Position numbers and translations under genes: made by a program
Origin: Oopsacas minuta
Taxonomy: Eukaryota; Animalia; Porifera
Assembly: GCA_024704765.1 (NCBI GenBank)
Contig: JAKMXF010000044.1
Location: 496,001-560,000, forward strand
Direction: 5' to 3'
DNA: 64,000 bases
Notes under the pieces: generated by a model
Told to the model about the DNA's origin: nothing
Databases searched by the model: none
The model's input: the letters and a program-made list of their open reading frames with translations, nothing else
In this document: positions 49,526-60,825 of the stretch, piece after piece
Layout of the letters: every line of letters begins with the position of its first letter
How positions within the stretch are numbered: position 1 is the first letter of the stretch

Positions 49526-51655
49526 ATGTCACAACTGGGGATTGCTTTTCGAATAAAAGCGCTAGACAGCAATTCTAAATCTAATTCTACTAAAATTAAC
49601 AACATATCCTCCTGGAGTCTATCTCATACTCCTGATAGAATAGCTGAGGAGAATACATTAGTTATACCATTACAGCCTGATACATGTATACATCTGAACA
49701 GAGAAAATGAAGATAGAGCTCTAGAGAATGAAGCTGTAAGAGCTATTCTTAGAGAAACATCTCAACATATTCAGGAAGATGCTATTACTGTAAGTTCATA
49801 CAATTTATTAGTCTACTGCGAGGTATTAAAAAGTACATGGTGTATGCGCGTTAAGTACATTCCACACGCATATTAACTATGTAGTATGTACAAAGCTAGT
49901 GGACTTATTTTATTATCAATGGCGGAAGTTTTCTCCTTGGTACTCGAATAGTTTGTGTTAAAATACGCTGAAACAACGTCTAAGGCTTCTTTTCCACTAA
50001 TCCAAGGTAAACACACCCGACAACAACTAAAACAATGTGTCAGAATAGGCAAACAACACTCAAAGCACAAATTTCTCTGTACTATACATCGCACAAGCTT
50101 TGTACACAAATTTAAGGGCGCACGCGCATCCGCTATGTACTATTTATTATATGTTACTGCTGCTGTATTATTCCTGTGTATTTAGAAACGAATACAGTCT
50201 ACTCCGCATAATAGATAACTTCATGGCCGTCCATTTTGCCTCAGTTAAGAGTTGATTAACTCTTTGTAAGGTACTGTTACTGGCCGAATGACCGATATTA
50301 TTCAGTTTTATTCAGGGCTTGAGGATATTCCTGCTCAGGGGTAGACACATTGGCGTCACCTACATTTTAGGTTGTGTCAAGTATTGTGGTCACGGCTTAT
50401 ATCATTCTGAGTATTTTTTTCCCTAAATACTGCAAGGTTACATAGAATTAAGCAATTAATATAATACTTCATTCTAGTGTTGCATGGCCATATACAACAC
50501 GTGCCGTTCAAAAGTATTCAGCTTGATTGGGCTACTGATCCTCATAATATCATACATTATATCTTGTAGGTACCTCTCACATCAACAGTCGGGGATAGGG
50601 AGAGTGGAAGAGAGGACTATTCAGATATTCCCGTATCCTCATTCGGTAAGGCAGCGCTTAGAGGTATGGGCTGGAAGGAGGGAGAAGCTATCGGAAAGAC
50701 TAGAAAGGGTCTCGTTACTCCCATCGAGTTGATACCTCATGCAGCTGGACTAGGGCTAGGAGCTCTCTCTAGGAAGAACAAACATGGAAAGCACAAGCAC
50801 GGGAAGGACCCTCTCGGTCCTGTGGTTGGTACAGATGGACGTGTTAAGCACCATAAGGGGTTAGACGAGAAAGTAGAACTTGCTTCTAACGCCTGTCTTG
50901 TGAAAGCAGGTTCTTATGTACGTATTAATGAGGGAGCACATGAAGGTCTACTTGGTAAAATACGAGAGCTAGACTCTGAGGGAAACCACGTAACAGTATC
51001 CTTATCATTAGGAGAGAGCAGTGTATATCTGCCCCTCAGTGATGTAGTGTTACTAGATGTTACTACAATGCAGCCTGTAGATCCTAATAGACATAAAAAT
51101 GCTAGAGCTAGGAAAGAGGTTATTAAGTCATACGGATTGATACTGAGAGGGAAGCAGGATATAAGTAGGAGTAATTCTACCTGTTCTAATAAATCAAATG
51201 TAATTAATTCCTATAAACAAACAGCTTTCACTGATTCAATGGATAGAGATAAGAAAGATAATAAGAAGACAATATTCAGATCCAAATCTCTAGTAGTTCC
51301 ATCCAGAAGAGCTTGGATACGATCAGATCTTAAGGTACGTCTAATCAGCAAGAGCTATAAGAAGGGACGGTACTATAATTCTAAAGTTAATATAATAGAT
51401 GTAGTGTCACCTGGAGTGTGCATGTGTCAAACTGATCAGGGACAGCTCCTAGAGGAGGTGAGTGAGGAGATGCTAGAGACTCTCTTACCCAAAGATATTA
51501 CTCTACCTGTGATGATAGTTAGTGGGGAATATTCAGGTCAGATAGCGTATATTCAAGAGAAAGATCCTAGTACTTGTATAGCTACTGTGCTTTTGGAGGA
51601 TTTGGATGCTTGTGTGGCTCTATCTTATGACAATATTTGTCAGATTATGGTTTAA
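49526..51655 (+). CDS. GPKOW: G-patch and KOW domain protein (Spp2 homologue), two exons: 49526-49789 and 50570-51655
   Basis: Phase-0 GTAAG...TAG intron. The joined protein has LVIPL, LENEAVRAIL, the G-patch_2 motif EDYSDIPVSSFGKAALRGMGWKEGEAIG, and KOW motifs including WIRSDLKVRLISKSYKKGRYYNSK. Confidence 0.9.
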
Positions 51656-51695
51656 TGTAATTGTGTTACTTTCAAGTATACCTTTGTTGTTCAAA

Positions 51696-52080
51696 TCTAT
51701 ATTATTAAATTGCCATTTTTGTCTGTCTGTCTGTCTGTCTGTCCGTTGTCAAGGAAAGGATTTATGGAATGTTGTATCTAATTCGAATTTCTCAATTCTG
51801 AGATGTCGCATAACTATGTACCGTATTTATCGTGTTTACCAAGAAAGTAAACACAATTCAAAAAAATTGACTAAACATAGCGAATATGCAGAATCTGATG
51901 TTCATACTTTTGAATTAATCATATCTAAATGTATTTGTTGTCTTTATAAATATAAAGTAAACAAATAATTTGAAATCTCAGAATATACATAGAGACTTGC
52001 TCCTAACTGCTACAATGGGGTGACAAAGAGCGCTGAATCCGAATTTCGCATTTTCAAGTTTCTCTTTATGTAATTTTTAT
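51696..52080 (+). mobile_element. Non-autonomous Helitron-like repeat, second copy
   Basis: TCTATATTATTAAAT...(TGTC)n TCCGTTGTCAAGG; shares AGACTTGCTCCTAAC and GCTGAATCCGA blocks with 19087-19500. Confidence 0.5.
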
Positions 52081-53169
52081 GAATATATAGTAAACAAATA
52101 TCTTAATAGTCTCAGTAACTTGCTTTCAATGGTTATACTGGGGGTAATCGAGTATGTTGATTCCGAATATGATTTTGTCAACAACATATTGTGAATATTT
52201 GTTGTTGTTTAAGTGTGTAGAGTAAACACATTTCTTGATAGTCCCAAAAACTTGGTTTCAATGGTTATGCCGGGGTAATCAAGTACGTTGATTCCGAATT
52301 TCGCACTTTTAAGGTACTCATGTGTAAATAATAGTTGTTCTCATAAAAAATTGGAAGCGTGAAGTGCTGAGTTACATTCTTTGATCTGCATTAATGTTAA
52401 TTATTATTTTGTCAATTACCACTCATATTTATATGCTTTTATTGCAGAGGGCTTTCAGTCATTCATCAGGGGTTGCCTCACAGAATCCAAAATATTTCAA
52501 AAATATTAGAGATTGAGCTCCAAATTTTTACCAAAGATTTGTATGGTATACGTAATATAATACTCTTAAAAAACGCATAGATCCAATTTGATGTGTATAT
52601 TGCAAAAATCAGGGTATTGATACCCTTATTTAATATAATCGATAATATTCACCCCTTAAAGCACCTCCAGCAGCTAGGTGACGGCTATTACTAACGCTCA
52701 TAACTAATCCAAAACATGTAAATTATATTCGTAATGATGCTACAAATTGTCAGCAGAGCATTAGTGTCCGAAAAAACAACTACGTACCAATTCCTATTGG
52801 AACATCACAACAAACTCAGGAAAACATCTTGAAAATTTGGGAACGGGATGTCATTGTGTGAATTTATTCGGTTCAATGGGCCTGTTTGCATTTATTTTTC
52901 ATGATTTTCATTATTAAGTTGATTTCCACCAATTCATAACATACACAAATAGTATGTAGATTTAATTTTTTTAATTTGAAGTTTACACACATCGCCTTAG
53001 TAGTGCTCTAAAGGTATACATTTGCTTGGAGGATTATTGTATGATGATCGTTTAATTTTTCAGCTTTTAATTTCATTTTACATAGTTTAGGTCAGTTATT
53101 TCGTTAACCTAAGAGTTAATCGCTGACGAGTTTAGGAGATCAATTCAGGACCCTGGGTCTTCCAGGGAG

Positions 53170-53256
53170 CAGGGCTGGAGTTGGTTAACCGAATTATGTA
53201 GGTGATTAAAACCTTTTCGAAAATATCGGTTAACCTGCTAACCGAATCCAGCCCTG
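53170..53256. mobile_element. 87-bp hAT-type MITE upstream of PSMA7
   Basis: TIRs CAGGGCTGGA...TCCAGCCCTG flanked by the direct repeat CAGGGAG. Confidence 0.6.
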
Positions 53257-53555
53257 CAGGGAGAACTTAGTGATATTCTAAGAGGAGAAGAGAGTCAGTG
53301 AGCTTTAAAGGGTGCCTATACCTGGTATAAGGGGTTGACCTAATTTGGTCACTGAGTTCCCCAAACCCGATTATTGCATTTTTGGAGAGCGTAAATGCGT
53401 AATATCCTTCCAACCGCTGTAAACATTTTTGGAGCTCTATCTTGAAAACCTTTTGAAATATTTAGGTTTTTATCCTTCCACCCCTGAAAAACGACTAAAA
53501 AACCCCTGCCATAAGTCTGTTATTACATTTGTTATTTTAATTTATCTCCAGCATT

Positions 53556-54317
53556 ATGTCACGTTATGACCGAGCAATTACAATATTCTCACCAGATGGT
53601 CATCTCTTCCAAGTAGAATACGCACAGGAAGCTGTCAAGAAAGGAAGTGCAGCTGTTGGAGTACGTGGAGACAAGATCCTAGTCCTGGCAGTAGAGAAGC
53701 GAGCTGTTTCTAAGCTACAGGATTCTCGTACTATTCGTAAGATTTGTAAGTTGGATGATCATATTGTGATAGCATTTGCTGGTCTAACAGCTGATGCTCG
53801 TATCCTCATTGACTGGGCAAGGGAGGAGTGTCAGGACCACAGACTGGTATTGGAGGATCCAATAACCGTAGAGAACCTGGCTAGATATGTAGCTAATGTA
53901 CAGCAGAGACATACACAGAGTACAGGGGTACGTCCCTTCGGACTATCCACACTGGTAGCAGGGTTTAATGAGGACGGTAGTCCTCATCTATATACTACAG
54001 ATCCTGCAGGTGTGTACATGGCATGGAAAGCTAATGCAGTAGGTCGTAGTGATAAAACCGTACTAGAGTATTTGGAGAAGAATTATACAGAGGAGATAGC
54101 AGCTGACAATAAGCTATGTGTAAAGCTAGCTATACGTGCTCTCCTTGAGGTGGTACAGTCAGGAGCACAGAATATGGAGCTGGTAGTACTGGAGTACGGG
54201 AGACCCATGACCCCTCTCTCCACAGAAGAGTTAGAAGCACTAGTGAAAGAAGTGGAAGAGGATAGAGAAAAATCTGAAAAAACTAAAAAGGACAGTTTAG
54301 CTTCAGCCAAACCTTAG
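53556..54317 (+). CDS. PSMA7: 20S proteasome subunit alpha type-7 (alpha4)
   Basis: [36 protein letters not shown] and WKANAVGR; intronless. Confidence 0.97.
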   Translation: MSRYDRAITIFSPDGHLFQVEYAQEAVKKGSAAVGVRGDKILVLAVEKRAVSKLQDSRTIRKICKLDDHIVIAFAGLTADARILIDWAREECQDHRLVLEDPITVENLARYVANVQQRHTQSTGVRPFGLSTLVAGFNEDGSPHLYTTDPAGVYMAWKANAVGRSDKTVLEYLEKNYTEEIAADNKLCVKLAIRALLEVVQSGAQNMELVVLEYGRPMTPLSTEELEALVKEVEEDREKSEKTKKDSLASAKP

Positions 54318-54463
54318 CACATCTATTAGTATGGTGTATTAGTTATCAAGAAATTAGATATATGTATTGCAGACGTCTGATGTTTTGAATTAATTATTTG
54401 GGACTAATTTATATAATTCCTTTGTATCACAAACGTTGCTAACTTTACATCTTAACTAATAGC

Positions 54464-56398
54464 ATGACGTCATTAGACCACGGAGACACAGCACACAATA
54501 AGAACCCTCTAAACAAGAAGTTACAGAAGATTCTGAATCCTAAATTCCTCTCAGACATAGACACACAAGATGCACTACTAGCTCTATCAGACTTTTTTCC
54601 AGAGAATAATGTTCGTTCTAGAAGGAAGCTCCGTAGTGACACAGAATTAAGAGGATTGAGATTAAATGAAGAATTCCTTGCTTCTCTTGAGACTGTTAAC
54701 TCAGCACTAGAACAGCTGTCTGTAGAGGTTAAGAGTATAGATTCTTGTTATAAGGATATGACGGCTCGTCTGGGAGAGACGAGGGAGCGATGTGCTGAGG
54801 TACTTGAACAGACAGCTACTCTACAGAAGGAGATGCAGCAGGTGGAGAAGAGATCTTTGTTATTAGATGCATTCTGTCACAAATTCCAACTCTCTTCTCA
54901 GGAAACTCAACTCCTAGAACAAGCAGACGAGGTAGGACCATCCTTTTTCCAAGCTCTCAGGAAGGTACAGCACATACATACAGACTGTCAGACACTGATC
55001 CGATCCTCTGATCTGCATGTAGGTCTAGAGATTATGGAGAGTATGGCTGGCATACAGGAGAGAGCTTATGAGAATTTATTTCGCTGGTGTCAGAGAACAT
55101 GTAGAAGCTTTACTGGAGAGTTTCCTGTGTTCACTCATGAGTTAAAGAATGCTCTACAGATCGTCTCACAACGTGAAGCATTAAGAGTGTATGTATTAGA
55201 TGATTACGTCACTACACGACGTTCTAGCTTAGTCAGATCTTTCATTGACTCACTTACACTAGGAGGACCTGGTGGAAATCCTAAGCCAATAGAAATGCAC
55301 AGTCATGATCCTGTTAGATATGCTAGTGACTTGTTAGGCTGGTTACATCAGGCTATGGCTTCTGAGAATGAATTGTTAGTAGCTCTGTTGTTACAAGATA
55401 TTCCTGACAGTGTTGTGTCTGTCGATAAGTCAGAAATACCAATGCTCCTGAACCGTATCTGTGAAGGAGCTAGTCACATGGTGAAGGTACGATTAGAACA
55501 GATCCTATCTAACGTAATAGACTCAATGGATTTATTCAGAATATCCAATAACATACGGTTTTATCAGAATGTGTATCATGGATTCCTGGGAGATAATTCA
55601 GAACTTCTCAAGTTTGTGGCTGATATGTACGAATTATCTCTCAAACTATTTGCTAAACATTTGAACGGACACGCCTCCAAACTGCTGGAGAGTGTTAGTG
55701 AGCCTCCCTTCGATCTTGAGCCTACAATCCAATTCACAGAGTCCCTGACCTTGTTACGTAGTATATTGTCTCTTGAAAACACCTCTGTAGCCCCTCTAGA
55801 GGGTAACAGACCTCTCTTACACACAATATACGAGTCTCTAGTAGCTCCTCTGATTGAGTACGCTACTATATCCGCTTCTCTTGATAGTACTCTCTCTCAA
55901 GCCGAGCTTCTCATATACCAAATCAACTGTTGTGACCGTCTGCACCAGGGATTAGCACTCTACTATAGCACAGGAGAGGAGACAGGGTTTGAGAAGTTAC
56001 TTGTACAACTACAGACACATCAGGACAGACTGATACAAGAACAAGCTTCCTTCTTCCTGTCTAAAGCTAAGCTTAACATTATACACATGCATTATCTTAC
56101 TGCAGATAAGAGTTATGAAGGAGCTCTCTCTCTCTACTCAGGACTAGAATCAGACTCTCTATTACAAGCTATCCTCAGTTTACAGCAGTTACTAGCTCTT
56201 CCTGATCAACATCCTATACCTCAGCTAGATTGCCTCAGAAGTAAAAAGATTAGAGATTATATACTTGGTTCTGGCATGCGGTTAGTCTGTGACTTCTATA
56301 CAAGTCTACATTCCAGCATATCTGACCCTAGCAACGGATACGGAGATCTTAAAGATAAGCTCCATCAGCCTAGTGAGATAGAGCACCTCCTCTTATGA
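54464..56398 (+). CDS. COG6: Conserved oligomeric Golgi complex subunit 6
   Basis: NPLNKKLQKIL, RRKLRSDTE...NEEFL, GLEIMESMA..QERAYENLFRW, GGPGGNPKPIEMHSHDPVRYASDLLGWLHQ. Confidence 0.95.
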   Translation: MTSLDHGDTAHNKNPLNKKLQKILNPKFLSDIDTQDALLALSDFFPENNVRSRRKLRSDTELRGLRLNEEFLASLETVNSALEQLSVEVKSIDSCYKDMTARLGETRERCAEVLEQTATLQKEMQQVEKRSLLLDAFCHKFQLSSQETQLLEQADEVGPSFFQALRKVQHIHTDCQTLIRSSDLHVGLEIMESMAGIQERAYENLFRWCQRTCRSFTGEFPVFTHELKNALQIVSQREALRVYVLDDYVTTRRSSLVRSFIDSLTLGGPGGNPKPIEMHSHDPVRYASDLLGWLHQAMASENELLVALLLQDIPDSVVSVDKSEIPMLLNRICEGASHMVKVRLEQILSNVIDSMDLFRISNNIRFYQNVYHGFLGDNSELLKFVADMYELSLKLFAKHLNGHASKLLESVSEPPFDLEPTIQFTESLTLLRSILSLENTSVAPLEGNRPLLHTIYESLVAPLIEYATISASLDSTLSQAELLIYQINCCDRLHQGLALYYSTGEETGFEKLLVQLQTHQDRLIQEQASFFLSKAKLNIIHMHYLTADKSYEGALSLYSGLESDSLLQAILSLQQLLALPDQHPIPQLDCLRSKKIRDYILGSGMRLVCDFYTSLHSSISDPSNGYGDLKDKLHQPSEIEHLLL

Positions 56399-56515
56399 CC
56401 TCTATATAGTATGTATGTTTATAATGCAAATAATAGAATTAAATTATCTATAATAATAGTATGCTACGTACCTTATACGTAGTAGATTAATATAGTATAG
56501 TTATATACTGTTAGA

Positions 56516-57541
56516 ATGACAGATGAAGAAGCAGAGTTCAGAGAGGTGCTGGTACGGAGTTTAGAGTCTAAAGGAGTATTCAATAAGTGTAAAGCTGAAG
56601 TGAGAGCTAATGTGTTCCTAGCTCTGGAGCAGCAAGAAGGAGAAGAAGGAGGAGGATCTACTCTTATGGCTCCTAAAATAACAAAGTATTGTAAGTCCAG
56701 AGAGGGAGAGTTGGTTCTTGGATTGATAAGAGAGTTCTTACAATTCTACGAGCTGGAGTACTCCCTAGCCGTGTTTGAGCCTGAGAGTAATATAGAGGGT
56801 GTTACTCACACCAGAGAGCAGCTATCTAAGGATGTTGGGGTAAGATCAACTATAGGGGATTATCCTCTCCTCCATCAACTCTTATTCAACAGATCACCTA
56901 TACCAGAAAAACAAATACTAAAAAATACTCAACAGCTAGACAACAATACTACTAATAAACAAACACAACATCTGACTAGTGACAAGCATATTACAGAGTA
57001 CTCTGAACCCTCAGGCTCTGTATCAGCTGTATCAGGACCAGGTGATCCTGTCAGTGATTATGACATCACGAATGAGAACAGTGATATCCTGGCTCCAGCT
57101 GATGAAGTATCAGATAAAAATAGTCAGAGTGATCTGGAGGACTTCTTCTCGGGTCTAGGTGGGACTGGGTTCTCTCAACACCTCCTCAACGTTAAGGATC
57201 TAGTTCCTCAAACCAGAGATACCTCTCAAGAACGTCCCAGGAGTGCGAGAGGGAGTGGCAGACCTTCTCCCATAATGTCCTCTCTCCACGGGGCTCCACC
57301 CCTAATCGGTCCTAACGCTAATCTAGAGATGGAGCTTAAATCAGTCCTGAGAGATCCTACCGCTACCCGAGTAGGAGGAAACCTATCTCAGCAGTCTTAC
57401 AGTGAGAGTATAGATGAACTTAAATTGAGTGTGGCTCTTGACTCTACACTCATGAGTCATTCTAACGAGACTACTGATCACACTACATCAGCTGTTAGTC
57501 TAGGAGATCTGGATTATGTAGAAGATGTACTCAAGAAGTGA
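56516..57541 (+). CDS. CEP43: FGFR1 oncogene partner / centrosomal protein 43-like
   Basis: LVRSLESKGVFNKCKAEVRANVFLALEQQE plus LisH LIREFLQFYELEYSLAVFEPE; C-terminal TTDHTTS...DYVEDV. Confidence 0.85.
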   Translation: MTDEEAEFREVLVRSLESKGVFNKCKAEVRANVFLALEQQEGEEGGGSTLMAPKITKYCKSREGELVLGLIREFLQFYELEYSLAVFEPESNIEGVTHTREQLSKDVGVRSTIGDYPLLHQLLFNRSPIPEKQILKNTQQLDNNTTNKQTQHLTSDKHITEYSEPSGSVSAVSGPGDPVSDYDITNENSDILAPADEVSDKNSQSDLEDFFSGLGGTGFSQHLLNVKDLVPQTRDTSQERPRSARGSGRPSPIMSSLHGAPPLIGPNANLEMELKSVLRDPTATRVGGNLSQQSYSESIDELKLSVALDSTLMSHSNETTDHTTSAVSLGDLDYVEDVLKK

Positions 57542-58059
57542 TATTACGTCATTTTACTAATCAGCTGATCACTTATTCTTTAACTATAATTTCAATCTGA
57601 CACACTATGACATTATAAAATTATGACGTAATAGTGATTAATTGAATACAGGCAGGGTCTCTTATGATAAACCAAGCCAGTGTCCCCGATAAAGTCTTTC
57701 CCATAGGATTGTATTAATATAAAGACTCGTAATATTTAGTAGAACTAAGAATACTATGACAGTATATTATCAATATCCAGCATAAAACATAGTCCTGAGA
57801 TTATACTATATACGTATTATATATCTAGTAATTGGAATTCTACAATTTGTGGCATGATTATTGATTTAAGGATCTTTTTGTGGTAATTAATCAAATTTAT
57901 CGTATTTTATAAAATGTGATGATTGTAAAATAGCAACGTACATATATCTTTTGTGGGTGATTTAAATTTCTACTGCAAGTGAATTATTTGCAGCACTAGT
58001 TTAGACAAAGATTATATTGTGAAATGCAACTATTGCAACGAAATGTTTCGGACTAGGTG

Positions 58060-59095
58060 CTAAGTGTTGAAAGCGAATAGATAGGCAACTCTTCGAAGAA
58101 TTTCCATCTTGGGCGGGTTAAATAAACATTAACTAAATAAAGTCTTTAACGATTCTTCACGATCAACATAGCACTTTCTCTTTTGGGGATCTCAGCCTGT
58201 CAGGTAAAAAGCTTATTTCACCTCAACCAATCCCTGTCTTCTTCAGAACATTTAAGAATGTCCATATTGAAGAATGATGGCAAGATAGGTGTGCAGAGAA
58301 TGACCTATGTCATCCCTCTACAACATTAGTTGTTCTTGGGAGGCCTTGGTACACCATCATGTGATAATTCCACATGTCCAAGGAGAATGTACTTGGAATA
58401 ACCACAGAATTATTGGGTATATGTCTTCCAATATAGGTTGATTCAAAATATAGAACTAAGTCGTAAGCATCTGAAGGAAGTTGTGCAAATAGTTAGCGGA
58501 ATAAATTGGGTGTATCTGTTGGTGTTGCAAAGGCTAGGGCAGGTATCATTCTCCTTTGTTACGCAAAACTAAGGTCATTTTGATATTTTCTTTTGAGCTC
58601 AAGTTTCCTGAATCTTTCGCCAAAAATTTGAGTAAGGTGGAAAAGCAGCCTTTAACCTGAATATGAGGATAGTGTCGCTTGAAGGCATATACAGTGAAGC
58701 CGCTTAAACGGGACAATGTTTTGGGAACAGATTTTTTACATAGAAAAATCGTCGGATAATTGGGACATAGAATCTGTACTTGAGTCCACATTTTTTGGTA
58801 AGAGCACAAATAAGCTTGGCAACAAATGCCCATCTTTCATTGGATCGGTTACAGATTTTAATGCGGATTACGTAGAGCTGGTAAAATAAACTGCCAGCAG
58901 TTTTGAAAGTACTGTCAGCCAACCAAACACTTGCAGAATTGAGAACCTCGATATTAGAATCTGTCCTCGTATAAGCCTGTGGTGACTCGAGACAGTTCAA
59001 AGAATTTGGCACTGGGAGTGCATTATTTATTCGTTTACGCGCTCGCCAGATAGTTTGTTTTAAGCTGTTAATTCTTGGAAGCCCTGACAAATGTG
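58060..59095 (-). pseudogene. Decayed Mutator (MULE) transposase
   Basis: Fragments WLADSTFKTAGSLFYQLYVI, LPALAF, YFESTYIGR, WN..GLPRTTNVVEG; many stops and frameshifts. Confidence 0.75.
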
Positions 59096-59471
59096 TTCAA
59101 TTCCCGGACTCCGAACACAAATCACTCTAAAACAGATTGTCCGGCTCTAAACCGGACGTCTGGCAACCCTAGTTACACTACTAAGTTTACTTGTAGATAG
59201 CGTTAGCTTGGCCTAATAATACAAATTGTCAGAAATTATATATTCTCTAGTAATTGTAGTTGAGATTCTAGAAGTATTTTTTTAAAACGAGTAGCGAAGT
59301 AGCGAAGTAGCGAAGTAGCGAAGTAGCACATGAGCTACTCATATTTAAATATATGTCTTGGATTATAATTGTGAGTATAAAGATATTATAATATTATGAA
59401 CAATAATTTTGATCTCGTGGGGGTTCACTATAAGTACCCTGACCGTATTTATGGTGTTTATCTATTTTAGC

Positions 59472-60509
59472 ATGACGTCACTAGAGGATACACCCAACCT
59501 GAAACCAGTAGGATACAATATCTACACAGCTACAGTGCTAGTCAGGAACCCTGGGGGAGACTTCGGAGGATATAAGAGTAGATTCTTTATCAGTCCTGTA
59601 GAGTCATATTGTGGATTCTGTAGACAGACACCTAGAGAGCCTCACCGTGTAGCTTGTGGTCATATATTCTGTCATGACTGTCTCTTCACTAATATAGTTA
59701 ATCTCAGACTACCTTGTAATCAATGTCATACTCCTGTAAGGAGAGATGACTGTGTTCTGGATATACAGTTGAGTAGACGTATAGCGGATTCTTCTATCTC
59801 TTGTCCTTTCAGTGAAAATTGTAAATGGGCGGGGTATCTGTCCCGCTTGTCCCTCCACTTCTCAGAATGTACCCACGTTAATCCCATGATTCGCTCCTGT
59901 ATCCAGTCTATACAATCACACATATCAGACATAGCAGAGGAGAGTGAGAGATTAGAGAGACGTGTCGACAGACTATCTGAGCTCGTTAGGAAGATGGATT
60001 GTAGATGTGAATCAGCTACCTGTGAGTACGATAAACAGTTATCTTGGATAGGCAATCAGATGAACTATTTCCACCAGCATGTGCTGAATTATTCTCCTAA
60101 GAAGGAGCCTACCTACCAGGGATACGAACCTCACTTCAAGATGCCTACCCTTGGACAGAATTACCCTTCTCTTAATATTCCTGTGGATGAAATGTCGGAT
60201 TCTCTAAAGTTTGATTTAGGTAGAGTGCAACAACATCTCCCTCCCAGAGATGAGGAGATTGTACAGACGACTCCCAAGAGGAACTATAAACCCTCTGTCT
60301 ATGAAGATCATGTCAGGAAGGATGGAGGAGATTCAGATTTTGAATTAGATCTCCTTGATGACATAGATGCATTCCCACACGATGAGTTTGGTCATCCTCT
60401 TCCTATCCCCCCTGTCTACCCTGAGGTTGAATTTAAGATGTGTTTGCATTGTCAACACTTCAATGTGCCAACTTTAAAACGTTGTGAATCCTGTGCAAGA
60501 ATTATCTGA
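59472..60509 (+). CDS. RING (C3HC4) + TRAF/Sina-type zinc finger + coiled coil + C-terminal C4 zinc finger protein
   Basis: CGFC...CGHIFCHDC...CNQC; CPFSENCKW..LHFSEC; heptad region; CLHCQHFN..KRCESC. The ATG at 59472 follows TTTTAG-C. Confidence 0.85.
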   Translation: MTSLEDTPNLKPVGYNIYTATVLVRNPGGDFGGYKSRFFISPVESYCGFCRQTPREPHRVACGHIFCHDCLFTNIVNLRLPCNQCHTPVRRDDCVLDIQLSRRIADSSISCPFSENCKWAGYLSRLSLHFSECTHVNPMIRSCIQSIQSHISDIAEESERLERRVDRLSELVRKMDCRCESATCEYDKQLSWIGNQMNYFHQHVLNYSPKKEPTYQGYEPHFKMPTLGQNYPSLNIPVDEMSDSLKFDLGRVQQHLPPRDEEIVQTTPKRNYKPSVYEDHVRKDGGDSDFELDLLDDIDAFPHDEFGHPLPIPPVYPEVEFKMCLHCQHFNVPTLKRCESCARII

Positions 60510-60825
60510 CATAAATGTAATGAAAACTGTCAACGGTAATTACTGTTGTTTTTTAATATATTTATTTGAATTATTATTTGTAATATATTTTACACAGAAG
60601 ACATAAACTACTTATAGTTAGCATAGTGAAACTAAGATAAGACGTATCCCTTCGGGAAACAAACTTGGTACGTATTATCCAGGAAATTATACAGTACACT
60701 CCTAATTAATCGATAATTTTGTGTTATGTATAGAGAAAGATTCTCGTTTTAACGCTCCTAAAAATCATACTCCTAGATAATTCCTTGGCTTGAACGTACT
60801 AACCGCCAGAGTGTATAGATGTTAC

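Noticed and set aside
54083-55824. Antisense ORFs over PSMA7 and COG6 (also those over EXO1 and the transposases)
   Set aside because: They are shadow ORFs of the sense-strand codon pattern.
59287-59340. (GTAGCGAA)4 repeat plus GAGTAGC...GCTACTC hairpin upstream of the RING gene as a regulatory RNA
   Set aside because: It is too short and has no second copy; it could be slippage or a Helitron 3' remnant.
59409-59471. N-terminal signal anchor on the RING protein
   Set aside because: It arises only from a non-ATG upstream start in the ORF track. The ATG at 59472 follows an acceptor-like TTTTAG, as in the neighbouring genes.
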